Shown here piece after piece: positions 16,128 through 48,400 of a DNA stretch of 64,000 nt. How positions within the stretch are numbered: the stretch's first letter is position 1; every line of letters begins with the position of its first letter. This DNA comes from the human T2T-CHM13v2.0 reference genome, Homo sapiens. The notes under the pieces are model-generated. The model had not been told where the DNA came from, did not search any database, and was given only the letters and a program-made list of their open reading frames with translations. Where the stretch lies: NCBI RefSeq assembly GCF_009914755.1, contig NC_060929.1; one strand, given 5' to 3'. The position numbers and the translations under genes are program-made.

Positions 16128-17997
16128 ACTTTGCATATTAAGCTTGGGAAATTTTAGGCTAGCAGAGTTGTTCTTGGGGACTCCATTTGCACAGAGGACT
16201 GGGTTCTAAGAGAGCAGAGGAAGCTTCAGAGTAGAATTGAGGACTCTTGCCAGTTCTCCCAGTGGTCCAGATTTGGAAACGACCTGCAGGGTGTGGCCAC
16301 CAACTGTGGTCCCTCAGGAACCACTCTGCAGGAATGGAGCTTACCCTGAGGCAAGTACTGTGTGCAGGGGCACGGGCCAGAACCCAGAATGGGGTTGCTT
16401 GATCCAGACTTTTCTCAGAAACACACTGGGGCACTGTGTCCGACAGTGGAGTGGGCAGCCGGAGCTGCTGTGAACTGTTTGTCCGCTGGGAAGGCCAGAG
16501 AGGGAGACACTGAGCTGCAGGGACACCACACTGGCTCCCGCTGCCCAAAGGGGCACTGTGACTCAGCCTTTGCCAGAAGGCATACCACTCTCACCACTCT
16601 TCCCAGGGTCAGCCCTCTTGTTCACTGTTTTATCAAAATGTGGGCATGTACTGAAATTGAAATACCACTCACTTTCTGGCAGAAATGTCGTCAGCAAAGA
16701 GTGAAATGTTGGTACTCAAAGTTTCCATTTTTATTGCATCCAGAGACAGAGGCTAAAATCTCATAAAGGTGAAAATAGTATGACATTTCAAACTCTGCCC
16801 AGAAAGAAGACAAATGGCAGCAAGACATGAGGCTGAAGACGTGGGGGAAGGAGGAAAGGGAAATGAAAGAAGAGCCACAACAAGGAAAATGTCATGCTCC
16901 TGGAAATGAAACTTCAAGATGCTGGGACTCCCCCTCAGAATCGTAGGGACTGACTCAGCACATGTTTATCAAATGCTAGAGACTATTCATTTAGGACCAG
17001 AGTGGCATTAGCTTTCCTACAGCCATCCTCACCTGCTTGACACCCTTGGATGTTGGGTTTTTTTGTTTGTTTGTTTGTTTGTTGTTTTTTTGTCCACAGC
17101 TCTTGTGGTCCCCAGCCTCTCTTGAGCAGGGCTGGCTTTTTTTTTTAATAAGATAGCTGGTGCCCAAGATTGTTTTCCACCTTAAGGATAAAACCTGTTA
17201 AGAAAGGTAAGTTGACAGTAGGTGGGGGCAGGTCATACAGATTTTATGACACATAGAATGTGTTTTCAGTATTTTTCAAACATCAGATTTTACCCAGGAT
17301 ATTACTGTTGCAACATTTACTGCCTGTTATTATTGCTGTTTCACTTATTGTCCTTCAATATATAGTCCCAAGGTGAGTGACTTTTAAATCATCCTCATTT
17401 AGGACAAATTGCTAAAGGCTTAAGGACTATTTTATAAGCTTCATCTAAAAACTGAGTCAGAGGAATGCTTTTGTCCTTGAAACAGTTTGTTTCCCAGGGT
17501 TCTCATGATACACTGGTATCTGTCCAACTAAATTCATAATTTCTGTAGAGAATAGAGTCAAAATTTCTGTTCCTAATAGATGGATCCAGATAGTAAACAC
17601 TAGTAATAAGACAAGATGCTCAGCCTGAATTTTCCCAGGAAAACCTTTGTCTTTACTAATCAGAAAAAAAAAAAAAAAGGAAGATCTGGGCTAGATTTTT
17701 ATCCAGTTAACAAACAACAAACAACCAAATAATGGATACACCCCTCTAACATTTTAGGATCTCAATCTCGTTAAAAGATAAGTTCTCTTAACTTGCTAGG
17801 ACTCTACCGGTTATATAGGAACACCACAGAACTTATTGCAATCTGAAGATAAAAGAAAGTCTTTTTTGTGTTTTGCCTGTTGGGCAAATAGCCTGAACAA
17901 TTACAAAAAAGGAAGAAAAGGAGACTTGGCCAACTGGTGTCAGGAGTCTTAACAAGGTCAGTGTGTTCTGCTTGTGTATGAGAAAGAATCAAATGGC

Positions 17998-18280
17998 TTT
18001 TTTTTTTTTTTTTTTTTTTGAGGCAGACTGTCACTCTGTCACCCAGGCTACAGTGGAGTGGTGCAATCTCAGTTCACTGCGCAATCTCGGTTCACTGCAG
18101 CCCTGAGTAGCCAAGACTACAGGCGGGCCCCACCACACCTGACTAAGTTTTCTATTTTCTGCAGAGACAGAGTCTCACTATGTTTACTAGGGCTGGTCTT
18201 GAACTCCTGAGCTCAAGTGATCTGCCCACCTCAGCTTCCCAAGGTGTTGGGATTACAGGCATGAGCCACTGCACCCAGCT
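17998..18280 (-). mobile_element. AluJ with an internal rearrangement
   Basis: Poly-T head, duplicated gcaatctc(a/g)gttcactgc. Confidence 0.9.
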
Positions 18281-18799
18281 GGCTTTCCTTTTTAATGATT
18301 CACTACATCATACAAACTCATCAAACTGAAGGAAGACAAAGTACAAAAGAGAGACGAGAAAATGTAGCCATGAAAGGAAGTGATGGGTGAAGAGGAGGAG
18401 AAGAAATATGGCCAAGTCAGTTGCCATGCCAAACTGCTTGCTTCTACCACAGTCCAATGCTTCCCTCCTGATTTCACATTTGGAGACTTGAGTGTCCCCA
18501 AATAGTGTTCCTCATCCTCTTTTCTTCTTTCTGTGCTTGTCTCACAAAAGTAATGACAAAGTAATATAGTAAATGTTTGTTACCTGGGGGATAGGGTGAA
18601 CTAGGTGGTTCTTCCTCAGCTTTTCTAAGTCTCCAAAGGACTAACAAGACCTGAGTGAGGAAAGAGAGAAGGCACTGTTGTTCCCCCACAATCTCTAGAA
18701 GGACTGGTGACGCATGTCATTTTTCTTTGAGCTCCCCACACTTTAGGCTTCTCTCTGAGGTCTTTTCAGCATCTCCTGCCCCACCCAAGAGTAAGCACC

Positions 18800-18935
18800 C
18801 CTGTGGAAATCCCCAGAACAAACCAGCACATGCTGTACCAAAATATTGTGTCTTGGCTTTGTTCTTTTACATCTTCACAACTAAAGGAAAGAGATACAAT
18901 CAAAATGATAGTCCACTTAAATGATAAACAAGAGA
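18800..18935. promoter_or_regulatory. Upstream IL7R enhancer (CNS1-like)
   Basis: NF-kB GGAAATCCCC 18805-18814, GRE-like AGCACAtgcTGTACC 18825-18839, TGTTCT half-site 18860, FOXO ATAAACA 18924-18930. Confidence 0.7.
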
Positions 18936-20022
18936 ATTTAAAGAGACATAACCCAGTTACTCACCCATGAAGTGACAATCTGTTAGCAGTTTAGGAGATT
19001 TGCATTGGTAGATAGATATAATTTGGGATTTCTCCTTGAACATTAGCTTAATTCATGGGAATCTGTAATTATAGCTTTCTTGAAAGGGTATTTAGCTCAG
19101 TGTACAAAACATACCAATTTTTGTGAATCAGGCTTACAATTTTCTAACCAAGCTTTCAAAACAAGATTAGAAATGAGGGCATAAATTATTATCGATGCAC
19201 AAAATTGTCACTCTTTATTTGGCTTGGAAGGGTTTTGAAATGCCCAGAGAAGGCCCTGACAAATGGAGAAGATGGAATATGTCCCCTTCAGTTGGATTCT
19301 TGCTCCGAAGTATTCCTTGAGCCTATACTCCAAAGTGTGGCATTATAACTGGTGCAGACGGAGTCTGTCTTAAAACTGAAAAGGAGGATCCAGAGACTGG
19401 TACAAATGTCCCACCTCCTTTTTTTCTTACTTCGTTATTGTCAAATAATTGTAATGATGGGACAAGCTAAATCATGAGTCTTTTAAAGTCTCTTCGATTT
19501 GCTTTACACCTGGGGGGTTGTTGCTTGTCTCTGCTAATTTTAGCCATTTCACAGGCCCATGGGAGCAATTCTACCTAATGACAGTGAATCCAACAGAAGT
19601 TCATAACTCACTGATCACTTAGTTTCTCTGCACTCCTCACCTTATAACTGCAGTCTTGTGGCATTTTTCCAAAAGAGAGCCACTGTGAATCAAGCATAGA
19701 GTTTTATGGCCTGAATCCAGGTTAGATTATTTTTTTCAAGAAAAAGAAAAAAAAATCTAACAGTTACCAAGAAGCAGTCAGGCTTTACAAATATCACCAC
19801 TTTAACCATGAGGCCATATTAGGAAGGCTTTTGACTGGCATTCAGGTTTGGGGGAGTCTGAATTTTCTATGCCATGGTCTCAGATTTCTGCCCCATATAC
19901 CTAGGCACTAATTTAGTTCATATGTACTATGTGTACCTGAAAAGTTGTGTGGCAATCAAATTTTCACAAATAGAATCCTGTTTTAAATACACTAAGAAAG
20001 TACCTACTTTATCCTTTAAACA

Positions 20023-20316
20023 AGAGGTCAGCAGACTTTTTCTACAAAGGGTCAGATAGTAAAGATTTTACACCTTTTGTACAATACAATCTCTATCTCA
20101 TCTACTTAGCTCTGCCATTGTTGCATAAAAGCAGCTGTAGATGATACACAAATGGGTGAGGCTGTATTCCAATGAAACGTTATTTGCAAAAACAGGTGGT
20201 AGATTAAATTTGGTCCCAAGGCTTACTTGGGAAAAAAAAAGATCTTTTGAAAAAGAAAAAATAAATGAATAATTTTTTAAAAAATTGTTCCCTAGGTCAT
20301 AGTTTGCCAGCCCCTG
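20023..20316. mobile_element. MER58-like DNA transposon
   Basis: ggtcagcagactttttc...aaagggtcagatagtaaa...catagtttgccagcccctg. Confidence 0.65.
20226..20233 (+). promoter_or_regulatory. Candidate RBPJ/CSL site CTTGGGAA
   Basis: TGGGAA core about 0.93 kb upstream of the TATA region. IL7R is a known Notch target. Confidence 0.45.
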
Positions 20317-20576
20317 CCCTAAACAAATAATTCTTGAATGCCTACTGTGGTGTGTAAGATATGAGTAAATACCAGGGATACACAGAGAACAAAAGAGAAA
20401 AACTGCTATTCTTGTGAAACTTGGAAGTTGGAGGTAAGCTATTTAAAATAAACCCACAATAAAGTACTTCACATAGTGCAGACTGTTTCTTTAAATCAAA
20501 ACTCACTCCAAACAACCAATTGATTCACTTTGTAAGTTTGAATTTTTGTCTTCAGATTCTTTTAAAGTGGGCCCTT

Positions 20577-20885
20577 AGTCAGGAGCGGTGGCTCATGCCT
20601 GTAGTCCTAGCACTTTGGGAGGCTGAGGCAGGCAGATCACTTGAGGTCAGGAGTTCGAGACAAGCCTGGCCAACATGGCGAAACCCCGTCTCCACTGAAA
20701 ACACAAAAATTAGGCTGGCATAGTGGCATTTGCCTGCAGTCCTAGCTACTCAGGAGGCTGAGGCAGGAGAATTGCTTGAACCTGGGAGGTGAAAATTGCA
20801 GTGAGCCGAGATCATGCTATTGTACTCCAGCCTGGGCAACAAAGCAAGACTCTGTCTCAAAAAAATAAAAATTAAAAAAATAAAG
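20577..20885 (+). mobile_element. Alu in the IL7R promoter
   Basis: Full dimer with A-tail. Confidence 0.95.
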
Positions 20886-21049
20886 TAGCCTCTAGCCTAA
20901 GATAGCTTGAGCCTAGGTGTGAATCTACTGCCTTACTCTGATGTAAGCACAGTAAGTGTGGGGGCTGCAGGGAATATCCAGGAGGAACAATAATTTCAGA
21001 GGCTCTGTCTCTTCATGTCCTTGACCTCTGCTTACAGCAGCAATACTTT

Positions 21050-40756
<19,707 letters not shown>

Positions 40757-41119
40757 AGTGTAAGAAACCCAGACTGAACTTACCGTGAGCGACAAAGATG
40801 ATTTAAAAGGGAAGTCTAGAGTTCCTAGTCTCCCTCACAGCACAGAGAAGACAAAATTAGCAAAACCCCACTACACAGTCTGCAAGATTCTGAAACATTG
40901 CTTTGACCACTCTTCCTGAGTTCAGTGGCACTCAACATGAGTCAAGAGCATCCTGCTTCTACCATGTGGATTTGGTCACAAGGTTTAAGGTGACCCAATG
41001 ATTCAGCTATTTAAAAAAAAAAGAGGAAAGAATGAAAGAGTAAAGGAAATGATTGAGGAGTGAGGAAGGCAGGAAGAGAGCATGAGAGGAAAGAAAGAAA
41101 GGAAAATAAAAAATGATAG

Positions 41120-41370
41120 TTGCCATTATTAGGATTTAATATATATCCAGTGCTTTGCAAGTGCTCTGCGCACCTTGTCTCACTCCATCCTGACAATAAT
41201 CCTGGGAGGTGTGTGCAATTACTACGACTACTCTCTTTTTTATAGATCATTAAATTCAGAACTAAGGAGTTAAGTAACTTGTCCAAGTTGTTCACACAGT
41301 GAAGGGAGGGGCCAAGATATGATGGCTGGGAGTCTAATTGCAGTTCCCTGAGCCATGTGCCTTTCTCTTC
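41120..41370 (-). mobile_element. MIR in the IL7R 3' UTR
   Basis: gagttaagtaacttgtccaagttgttcacacag MIR core. Confidence 0.65.
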
Positions 41371-43852
41371 ACTGAGGACTGCCCCATTCTTGAGTGCCAA
41401 ACGTCACTAGTAACAGGGTGTGCCTAGATAATTTATGATCCAAACTGAGTCAGTTTGGAAAGTGAAAGGGAAACTTACATATAATCCCTCCGGGACAATG
41501 AGCAAAAACTAGGACTGTCCCCAGACAAATGTGAACATACATATCATCACTTAAATTAAAATGGCTATGAGAAAGAAAGAGGGGGAGAAACAGTCTTGCG
41601 GGTGTGAAGTCCCATGACCAGCCATGTCAAAAGAAGGTAAAGAAGTCAAGAAAAAGCCATGAAGCCCATTTGATTTCATTTTTCTGAAAATAGGCTCAAG
41701 AGGGAATAAATTAGAAACTCACAATTTCTCTTGTTTGTTACCAAGACAGTGATTCTCTTGCTGCTACCACCCAACTGCATCCGTCCATGATCTCAGAGGA
41801 AACTGTCGCTGACCCTGGACATGGGTACGTTTGACGAGTGAGAGGAGGCATGACCCCTCCCATGTGTATAGACACTACCCCAACCTAAATTCATCCCTAA
41901 ATTGTCCCAAGTTCTCCAGCAATAGAGGCTGCCACAAACTTCAGGGAGAAAGAGTTACAAGTACATGCAATGAGTGAACTGACTGTGGCTACATTCTTGA
42001 AGATATACAGAAGAGACGTATTATTAATGCTTGACATATATCATCTTGCCTTTCTTGGTCTAGACTGACTTCTAATGACTAGCTCAAAGTCAAGGCAACT
42101 GAGTAATGTCAGCTCAGCAAAGTGCAGCAAACCCATCTCCCACAGGCCTCCAAACCCTGGCTGTTCACAGAACCACAAAGGGCAGATGCTGCACAGAAAA
42201 CTAGAGAAGGGGTCATAGGTTCATGGTTTTGTTTGAGATTTGTTGCTACTGTTTTTCTGTTTTGAATTTTCTTCTTTGTTCTGTTTTTACTTTATTTAGG
42301 GGGACTAGGTGTTTCTGATATTTTAGTTTTCTTGTTTGTTTTGTTTTGTGTTGTCTGTGAATGGGGTTTTAACTGTGGATGAATGGACCTTATCTGTTGG
42401 CTTAAAGGACTGGTAAAATCAGACCATCTTATTCTTCAGGTGAATGTTTTACTTTCCAAAGTGCTCTCCTCTGCACCAGCAGTAATAAATACAATGCCAT
42501 AATCCCTTAGGTTTGCCTAGTGCTTTTGCAATTTTCAAAGCACTTCCATAAGCATTCCTTCCACCTCCTTGATAGGCATTTATGGAAAGCCTGCTACATG
42601 TCAATCATACTGTTAGGCACAGGGGACCTAAAGACACATAAAAGGATGGCATTCTGCCTCATAAATTGCAAAACCTAATGAAAGTGACTGCTTGGTAAAC
42701 AAATTATTATTATATTATAAAATGCTATAAAAGAGCCATATTGAAAGTGCCCTGTTGGAGACAGGGCAAATGCCACAAAAATGATGTAAATTTACATGGA
42801 GGAAAAGTAGAATCTGCCTGGTTTGTAGGCAGCAGAAGACATTTTTCATCAGTGGGCAGGTGTTCTTTACCTTTTGTAGAAATGGGAGTCAAGTCTCAAA
42901 TAGGAGGCTCCACAAAATCTCATGCCAGGTCTCTGATACCTTATTCACAGAAGTTCTTTGAAGTATTTATTGTTATTTTCTTTGACTTATGGGAAAACTG
43001 GGACACAGGAAGACAGGTAAATTACCCAACCTCACACGTTAAGTCAGAACTGGGAGCCATAATTTTGTATCCCTGGTATAAATAGACAATCTCTCGAAGA
43101 AATGAAGAGATGACCATAGAAAAACATCGAGATATCTCCAGCTCTAAAATCCTTTGTTTCAATGTTGTTTGGCATATGTTATCTTTGGAATTTAGTGTCT
43201 GAGCCTCTGTCTGTTACTGTAGTATTTAAAATGCATGTATTATAATCATATAATCATAACTGCTGTTAATTCTTGATTATATACCTAGGGACAATGTGTA
43301 ATGTAAGATTACTAATTGGTTCTGCCCAATCTCCTTTCAGATTTTATTAGGAAAAAAAAATAAACCTCCTGATCGGAGACAATGTATTAATCAGAAGTGT
43401 AAACTGCCAGTTCTATATAGCATGAAATGAAAAGACAGCTAATTTGGTCCAACAAACATGACTGGGTCTAGGGCACCCAGGCTGATTCAGCTGATTTCCT
43501 ACCAGCCTTTGCCTCTTCCTTCAATGTGGTTTCCATGGGAATTTGCTTCAGAAAAGCCAAGTATGGGCTGTTCAGAGGTGCACACCTGCATTTTCTCAGC
43601 TCTTCTAGAGGGGCTAAGAGACTTGGTACGGGCCAGGAAGAATATGTGGCAGAGCTCCTGGAAATGATGCAGATTAGGTGGCATTTTTGTCAGCTCTGTG
43701 GTTTATTGTTGGGACTATTCTTTAAAATATCCATTGTTCACTACAGTGAAGATCTCTGATTTGACCGTGTACTATCCACATGCATTACAAACATTTCGCA
43801 GAGCTGCTTAGTATATAAGCGTACAATGTATGTAATAACCATCTCATATTTA

Positions 43853-43858
43853 ATTAAA
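43853..43858 (+). terminator. IL7R distal polyadenylation signal ATTAAA
   Basis: ATTAAA preceded by TGTATGTA and followed by GT-rich ctttgtgg...tgtcttct. Confidence 0.75.
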
Positions 43859-43967
43859 TGGTATAGAAGAACACTTTGTGGCATGCCTGTCTTCTCTGGA
43901 AACTGTGGTTAGACGGATTCCCAGAATGGACCACACATCTCTTCAGCTCCTGAAAACTCACCTCCCC

Positions 43968-44037
43968 ATGAGTCCATGGAAAAAATTGTCTTCCACAAAA
44001 CCAGTCCCTGGTCCCAAAAAGTTTGAGAACCACTGCA
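43968..44037. mobile_element. MER1 fragment
   Basis: ggaaaaaattgtcttccacaaaaccagtccctggtcccaaaaag is the reverse-complement homolog of 12456-12500. Confidence 0.75.
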
Positions 44038-44609
44038 CTAGAAGACAGCCTACTAGTGGTTAAGTCTCAATGTGTCAATGTATTTAACAGAGAGAACAGA
44101 GAGTGTTGCTTCACTCAACAGGTGGTTCAGTGGAAGCCCTGCATGGACACCTATTTCACTTGATATACCTAGTCCCTGCAGTCTGCAGAGTAGTGGCTGG
44201 AAATTAGGCTTGGCAGAATTGGTGGGGGCCAATGATTAAGCATTTGGCATGCCACCCTAAGAAGTTGTCATCTATTTTGCAGAAAATAGAGGGGCTTGGC
44301 AGGATTTTAATCAGGAATGTGATGTGAAATATATATTTTCTGTGCATGTGTGTATCAGGTTTTAGGAAGGAATCTTAATTCAGTAGGATATAAATATAAA
44401 ATAATTCTGGCATTTCTTTAATTACTTATCTCCAAAGATGCTCCACTGAAAATCCCTTTCTGAAGTAGATTCCTTTAAGTGACCAAAGCTTAATTCATCT
44501 AGTTTTAAGATGCAGTCTTATATTCTAACTAAAGCCACACACACCCTATCATAAGCTTGTGGTGAGGGGAACTTGGAAAGAAAGGAAGATAATAGCTTCT
44601 GTTCTCTTG

Positions 44610-44724
44610 ACTCCTCCCCCTTCTTGGCCTCTTCCTCCTCTCTTCTTCCTCCTCTTTCCCTTTCCCCTCCCCCTTCCTACTTTTTCTTGTTCTTGTTCTT
44701 CCTCTTCTTCCTTCTTTCTTTTTC
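44610..44724. repeat. CT-rich polypyrimidine tract
   Basis: Direct reading. Confidence 0.85.
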
Positions 44725-45019
44725 TAACAGCTTAAAACACCACACATTTCCTATCTCACAACCTCTGCGGGTCAGAAGTCTGGGCATGGCTTAGCTGAGT
44801 CCTCAGCAAGGCTGCAATCAAAATGTTGGCCCAGGCTTGCTTCTCTTCCAGAGGCTCCATTGGCAATGGGTCCGTTTCCAAACTTACTTAGGTTATAGTA
44901 GAATTTATTTTCTTGTGCTTGTAAAACTGAGTGCTCCAGCTTCCTGATAGCTCTCACTCTCGGCTCCTAAAGTTCACCCACAGCCTCTTGTCATATGACC
45001 CTCTTCATAAGCTTTTGTG

Positions 45020-45333
45020 TTTTTGTTTGTTTGTTTGTTTGTTTGTTTTGACAGAGTCTTGCTCTGTTGCCCAGGCTGCTGGAATGCAGTGGCACCATCT
45101 CAGCTCACTGCAACCTCTGCCTTCCAGGTTCAGGAGATGCCCTGCCTCAGTCTCCCAAGTACCTGGAATTACAGGTGCACACCACCATGCCCAGCTAATT
45201 TTTGTATTTTTTGTAATGGAGATGGGGTTTCGCCATGTTGGCCAGGCTGGTCTCAAACTCCTGACCTCAGGTGATCCACCCGCCTTGGCCTCCCAAAGTG
45301 CGGGGATTACAGGCGTGAGCCACCGTGCCTGGC
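45020..45333 (-). mobile_element. AluS with a (GTTT)n tail, inside an MLT1 LTR (about 44725-45580)
   Basis: Alu motifs, cataagct TSD-like flanks. Confidence 0.93.
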
Positions 45334-45682
45334 CCATAAGCTCTCTTTCAACAAAAGCTTGCTTCTTCAAAGCCAGCAAGGGAGAGTGAGTCTACCAGCA
45401 AAATGGTGTCTTATATATGTGATATGACCACAGGCGTGACATTCCATCATCTTGCCATATTCTTTTGGTTAGAAGCAAGTCAGAAGTCCCATCCATACTC
45501 AAGAGGAGGGGATTATATAAAGACAAGATTTTCAGGAGTTGGCGATCGCAGGGGCCACATTAAAGCCTGTTTGACACACAAGCTAACTCAGTCATGCCGT
45601 TTTTAGTTCAGTCTCTTATTAAATCTTTAGTCAAATTCAGATTTCTTCTCCTCCCATTCTCCTGAGAGTTTTAGATACACGG

Positions 45683-46145
45683 TGCTATGAATTGAGTTGT
45701 GTCCCCCCAAAATTCATATGTTGAATTCTTAACATGCAATAGCTCAGAATGTGACTTTATTTGGAGATAGTTTCTTTAAATAGGTAATCAATTTAAAATG
45801 TCATTAGGGTGCAGCATAATCCAGTATGACTGGTGTTCTTATAAAAAAAAAAAGGAAAATTTAGAGACAGACATGCACATAGGGAAAACATCATGTGAAA
45901 AATGAAGGCAGAGATCAGGGGTGATATTTTTAAAAGATAATAAGTATCAAAGATTGATAGAAAATCATCAGTAGCTAAGAAAGAGGCATGGGACAGATTC
46001 TCCCCCACAGCTCTCAAAAGGAATCAACCCTGCTGGCACCTTGATCTCAAACTTCTAGGCTCCAGAACGGTGAGACAATAAATCTCTTGTTTAAGCCACT
46101 CAGTCTGTGGTGCTTTGCTATGACAGCCCTAGAAAATGAATGCAC
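45683..46145 (+). mobile_element. MLT1B/C LTR
   Basis: tgctatgaattgagttgtgtccccccaaaattcatatgttgaa...aataaat...gccctagaaaatgaatgca. Confidence 0.8.
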
Positions 46146-47497
46146 ATGGTACTGGGAGAAGGAATCTGGGGCCATGTGACTTCTTTGGACTCCCCTGAGC
46201 TCTAGCCTTCCTGTCTTGTCTGTGGATGGTATCCCGTGTTGTGTCTACTGCTAATGTGTCAGGGCCCATCATGTTCCTTTGAATGTGGATGATCCACATC
46301 CTGTCTATTAACTGGGTCTCTATGTGTTGTCCAGGAAGCTTCTTTCAGCCTCTAGACTTCTCTGCCTCTTCAAGCATGGGAAGTAGTTGGATCAAATTTC
46401 CTCTTTAGAATGATCCCCCTGGTGAAGGAAGAGAATAGGTCATATGACAGCTAGACTAGAGCCAGGACAGATGGACTTTTGTGACCTCTATGCCCGCTTA
46501 GGGGATGCCACATCAGGTCCAAGGTGAGCCTGAGGCTAAGGCCAAGTTGGTCTTTGTGCCACCTTTATCTCCTTGTCAGAAAAGCTCTTCCTTCTTTTCT
46601 GCCACCCTTCCATCTACCAGTACTTACTAGTTACTAAATATCTGAATATCTGTTTCATTCCAACAAGAACATAGATAGTAGAACTTGTGGGGCTCCAGGG
46701 AAATCCCTAGGCCCTGGAAAGAGAAGCTTGCAGTTAATAGCTTTCTGGGTGTCTTCTTACTGATTGGCTGAGAGTTAGATAAGCTAGAGCTTGAGTGAAG
46801 GGCTTTTATCCTTTTCCTCCACCTCCACAACATCTTATAATATGGAATCAGCCAGCCTGCCTGTCCCAAGGCCTTTGCTCTTGCCGCTCTCTCCATCTGA
46901 AACGTGGTTTCTCTGGATCTTTGTGTGGCTGGCTCCTTCTTATTATCCAGGTCCTAGCTTCTACGTAACCTCCACAGAAGTGGTCATTCTAATGAAAACA
47001 AGACCCTCCTCCTGATAGTCTCTATCATGCCTCCCTGTTTATTTCCTCCAAAACTCCTTCCTCAATATTAACTACCAATTATTAATCACTAATTCATTAC
47101 TAATTATTAATAATTTATTTTTGATGATTGTTCTTATTGCCTCTCTCTGATTCTAAAATTCAAGTTCCATGCAAGTTCCACTTCCTATATTATTCTTGGA
47201 ATAAAACAAATATTTAGTAAGTACTGGTAGATGGAAGGGAGGAAGAAAAGGAAGAGCTATTCTGACAGAGAAAGATGGCACAAAGAACCACTTGGTCTTA
47301 GTCTCAGACTCACCTTTGACCTGGTTGTGGTGTCCCCTAAGTGGGTACAGCAGTCACAAAAGTCCATCTGACCCTGCCCTAGTCTGGCTGTCATATGACC
47401 TATCCCCCGCCCCCACTGGGAGTATCTTTCTAAAGAGGAAATCTGATCAAGCTACCTCCCTAACTAAAATCCCTTAGTGGCTTTCCAGCATGGCACG

Positions 47498-47879
47498 TGA
47501 CATAGCTTGGATTCTTGTCCCCATCCAAATCTCATGATAAAATGTAATCCCCAGTATTGGAGGTGGACCCTGGTGAGAGCACCATCCCCTTGGTGCTGTC
47601 CTCTCAAGAGTGAGTGAGATCTCACAAGACCTGGTTGTTTTAAAAGTGTGTGGCACCTCCTCCCACCCTTGCTCCTGCTTTCACCATGTGATGTGCCTGC
47701 TCCCCCTTTGCATTCCACCATGATTGTAAGTTTCCTGAGGCCTCCTCAGAAGCCAAGCAGATCTTAGCACCATGCTTCCTGTAAGCCCTGCAGAACCATG
47801 ATCCAACTAAGCCTCTTTTCTTTATAAATTATCCAGTCCCAGGCATTTATTTATAGTAATGCAAGAACGAACTAACACA
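47498..47879 (+). mobile_element. MSTA/MSTB solo LTR
   Basis: TG...CA termini, 5-bp TSD gcacg/gcatg. Confidence 0.85.
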
Positions 47880-47904
47880 GCATGGAAGGCTCTTGATGAT
47901 CTAG

Positions 47905-48400
47905 TGTATTACTTTCTTGTGGCTACTGTAATAAATTATCACAAACTTAGTGGCTTAAAACAATACAAATTCATTTATTCTCCTGCAGATCAGGCATCAG
48001 AAGTCCAAAATCAGTCTTCTGGGGCAAAAATCCAGGTGTCAACAGGGCTGTGATACTTCTGAAGACTGCAGGGAGAATCCGTTTTCCAGCTTTTTTCATC
48101 CACCAGAGGCCACCTGTATTCCCTATCCCACAACCCTAGCCCCTTCCTCTATCTTTGAAGTGGACTATTTCATCCCCTGTTTCTATCATGACAGTGCCTT
48201 CTCTCATATTGACCCTCTTGCCTTATAAGATTCCTTGTGATTACACTGGGTCCACCTGCATAATCAAGGCTAATCTCTCCATCTGGAGATCTTAATATAA
48301 TCACATCTACAAAGTCCCTTTGGCCATTGAAGTAACATATTTATATGTTTTCATTATTAGGATGTGGGACACTTTTGTCAGGGACAGGGATTTTTCAGCC
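47905..48400 (-). mobile_element. MLT1 LTR
   Basis: tgtattactttcttgtggctactgtaataaattatcacaaacttagtggcttaaaacaa. Confidence 0.75.

Larger units (their letters stand above)
40757..43873 (+). other. IL7R: IL7R long 3' UTR
   Basis: Follows the stop codon. ATTAAA at 43853 has upstream TGTA elements. Additional AATAAA hexamers at 41705, 42484 and 43359. Confidence 0.8.

Noticed and set aside
42400-43873. Reported lncRNA overlapping the IL7R 3' UTR
   Set aside because: It cannot be delimited or supported from sequence alone.
44931-45389. ORFs with typical Alu-derived peptides (also near 2132, 10478, 36474, 59149 and 62182)
   Set aside because: They are Alu translations.
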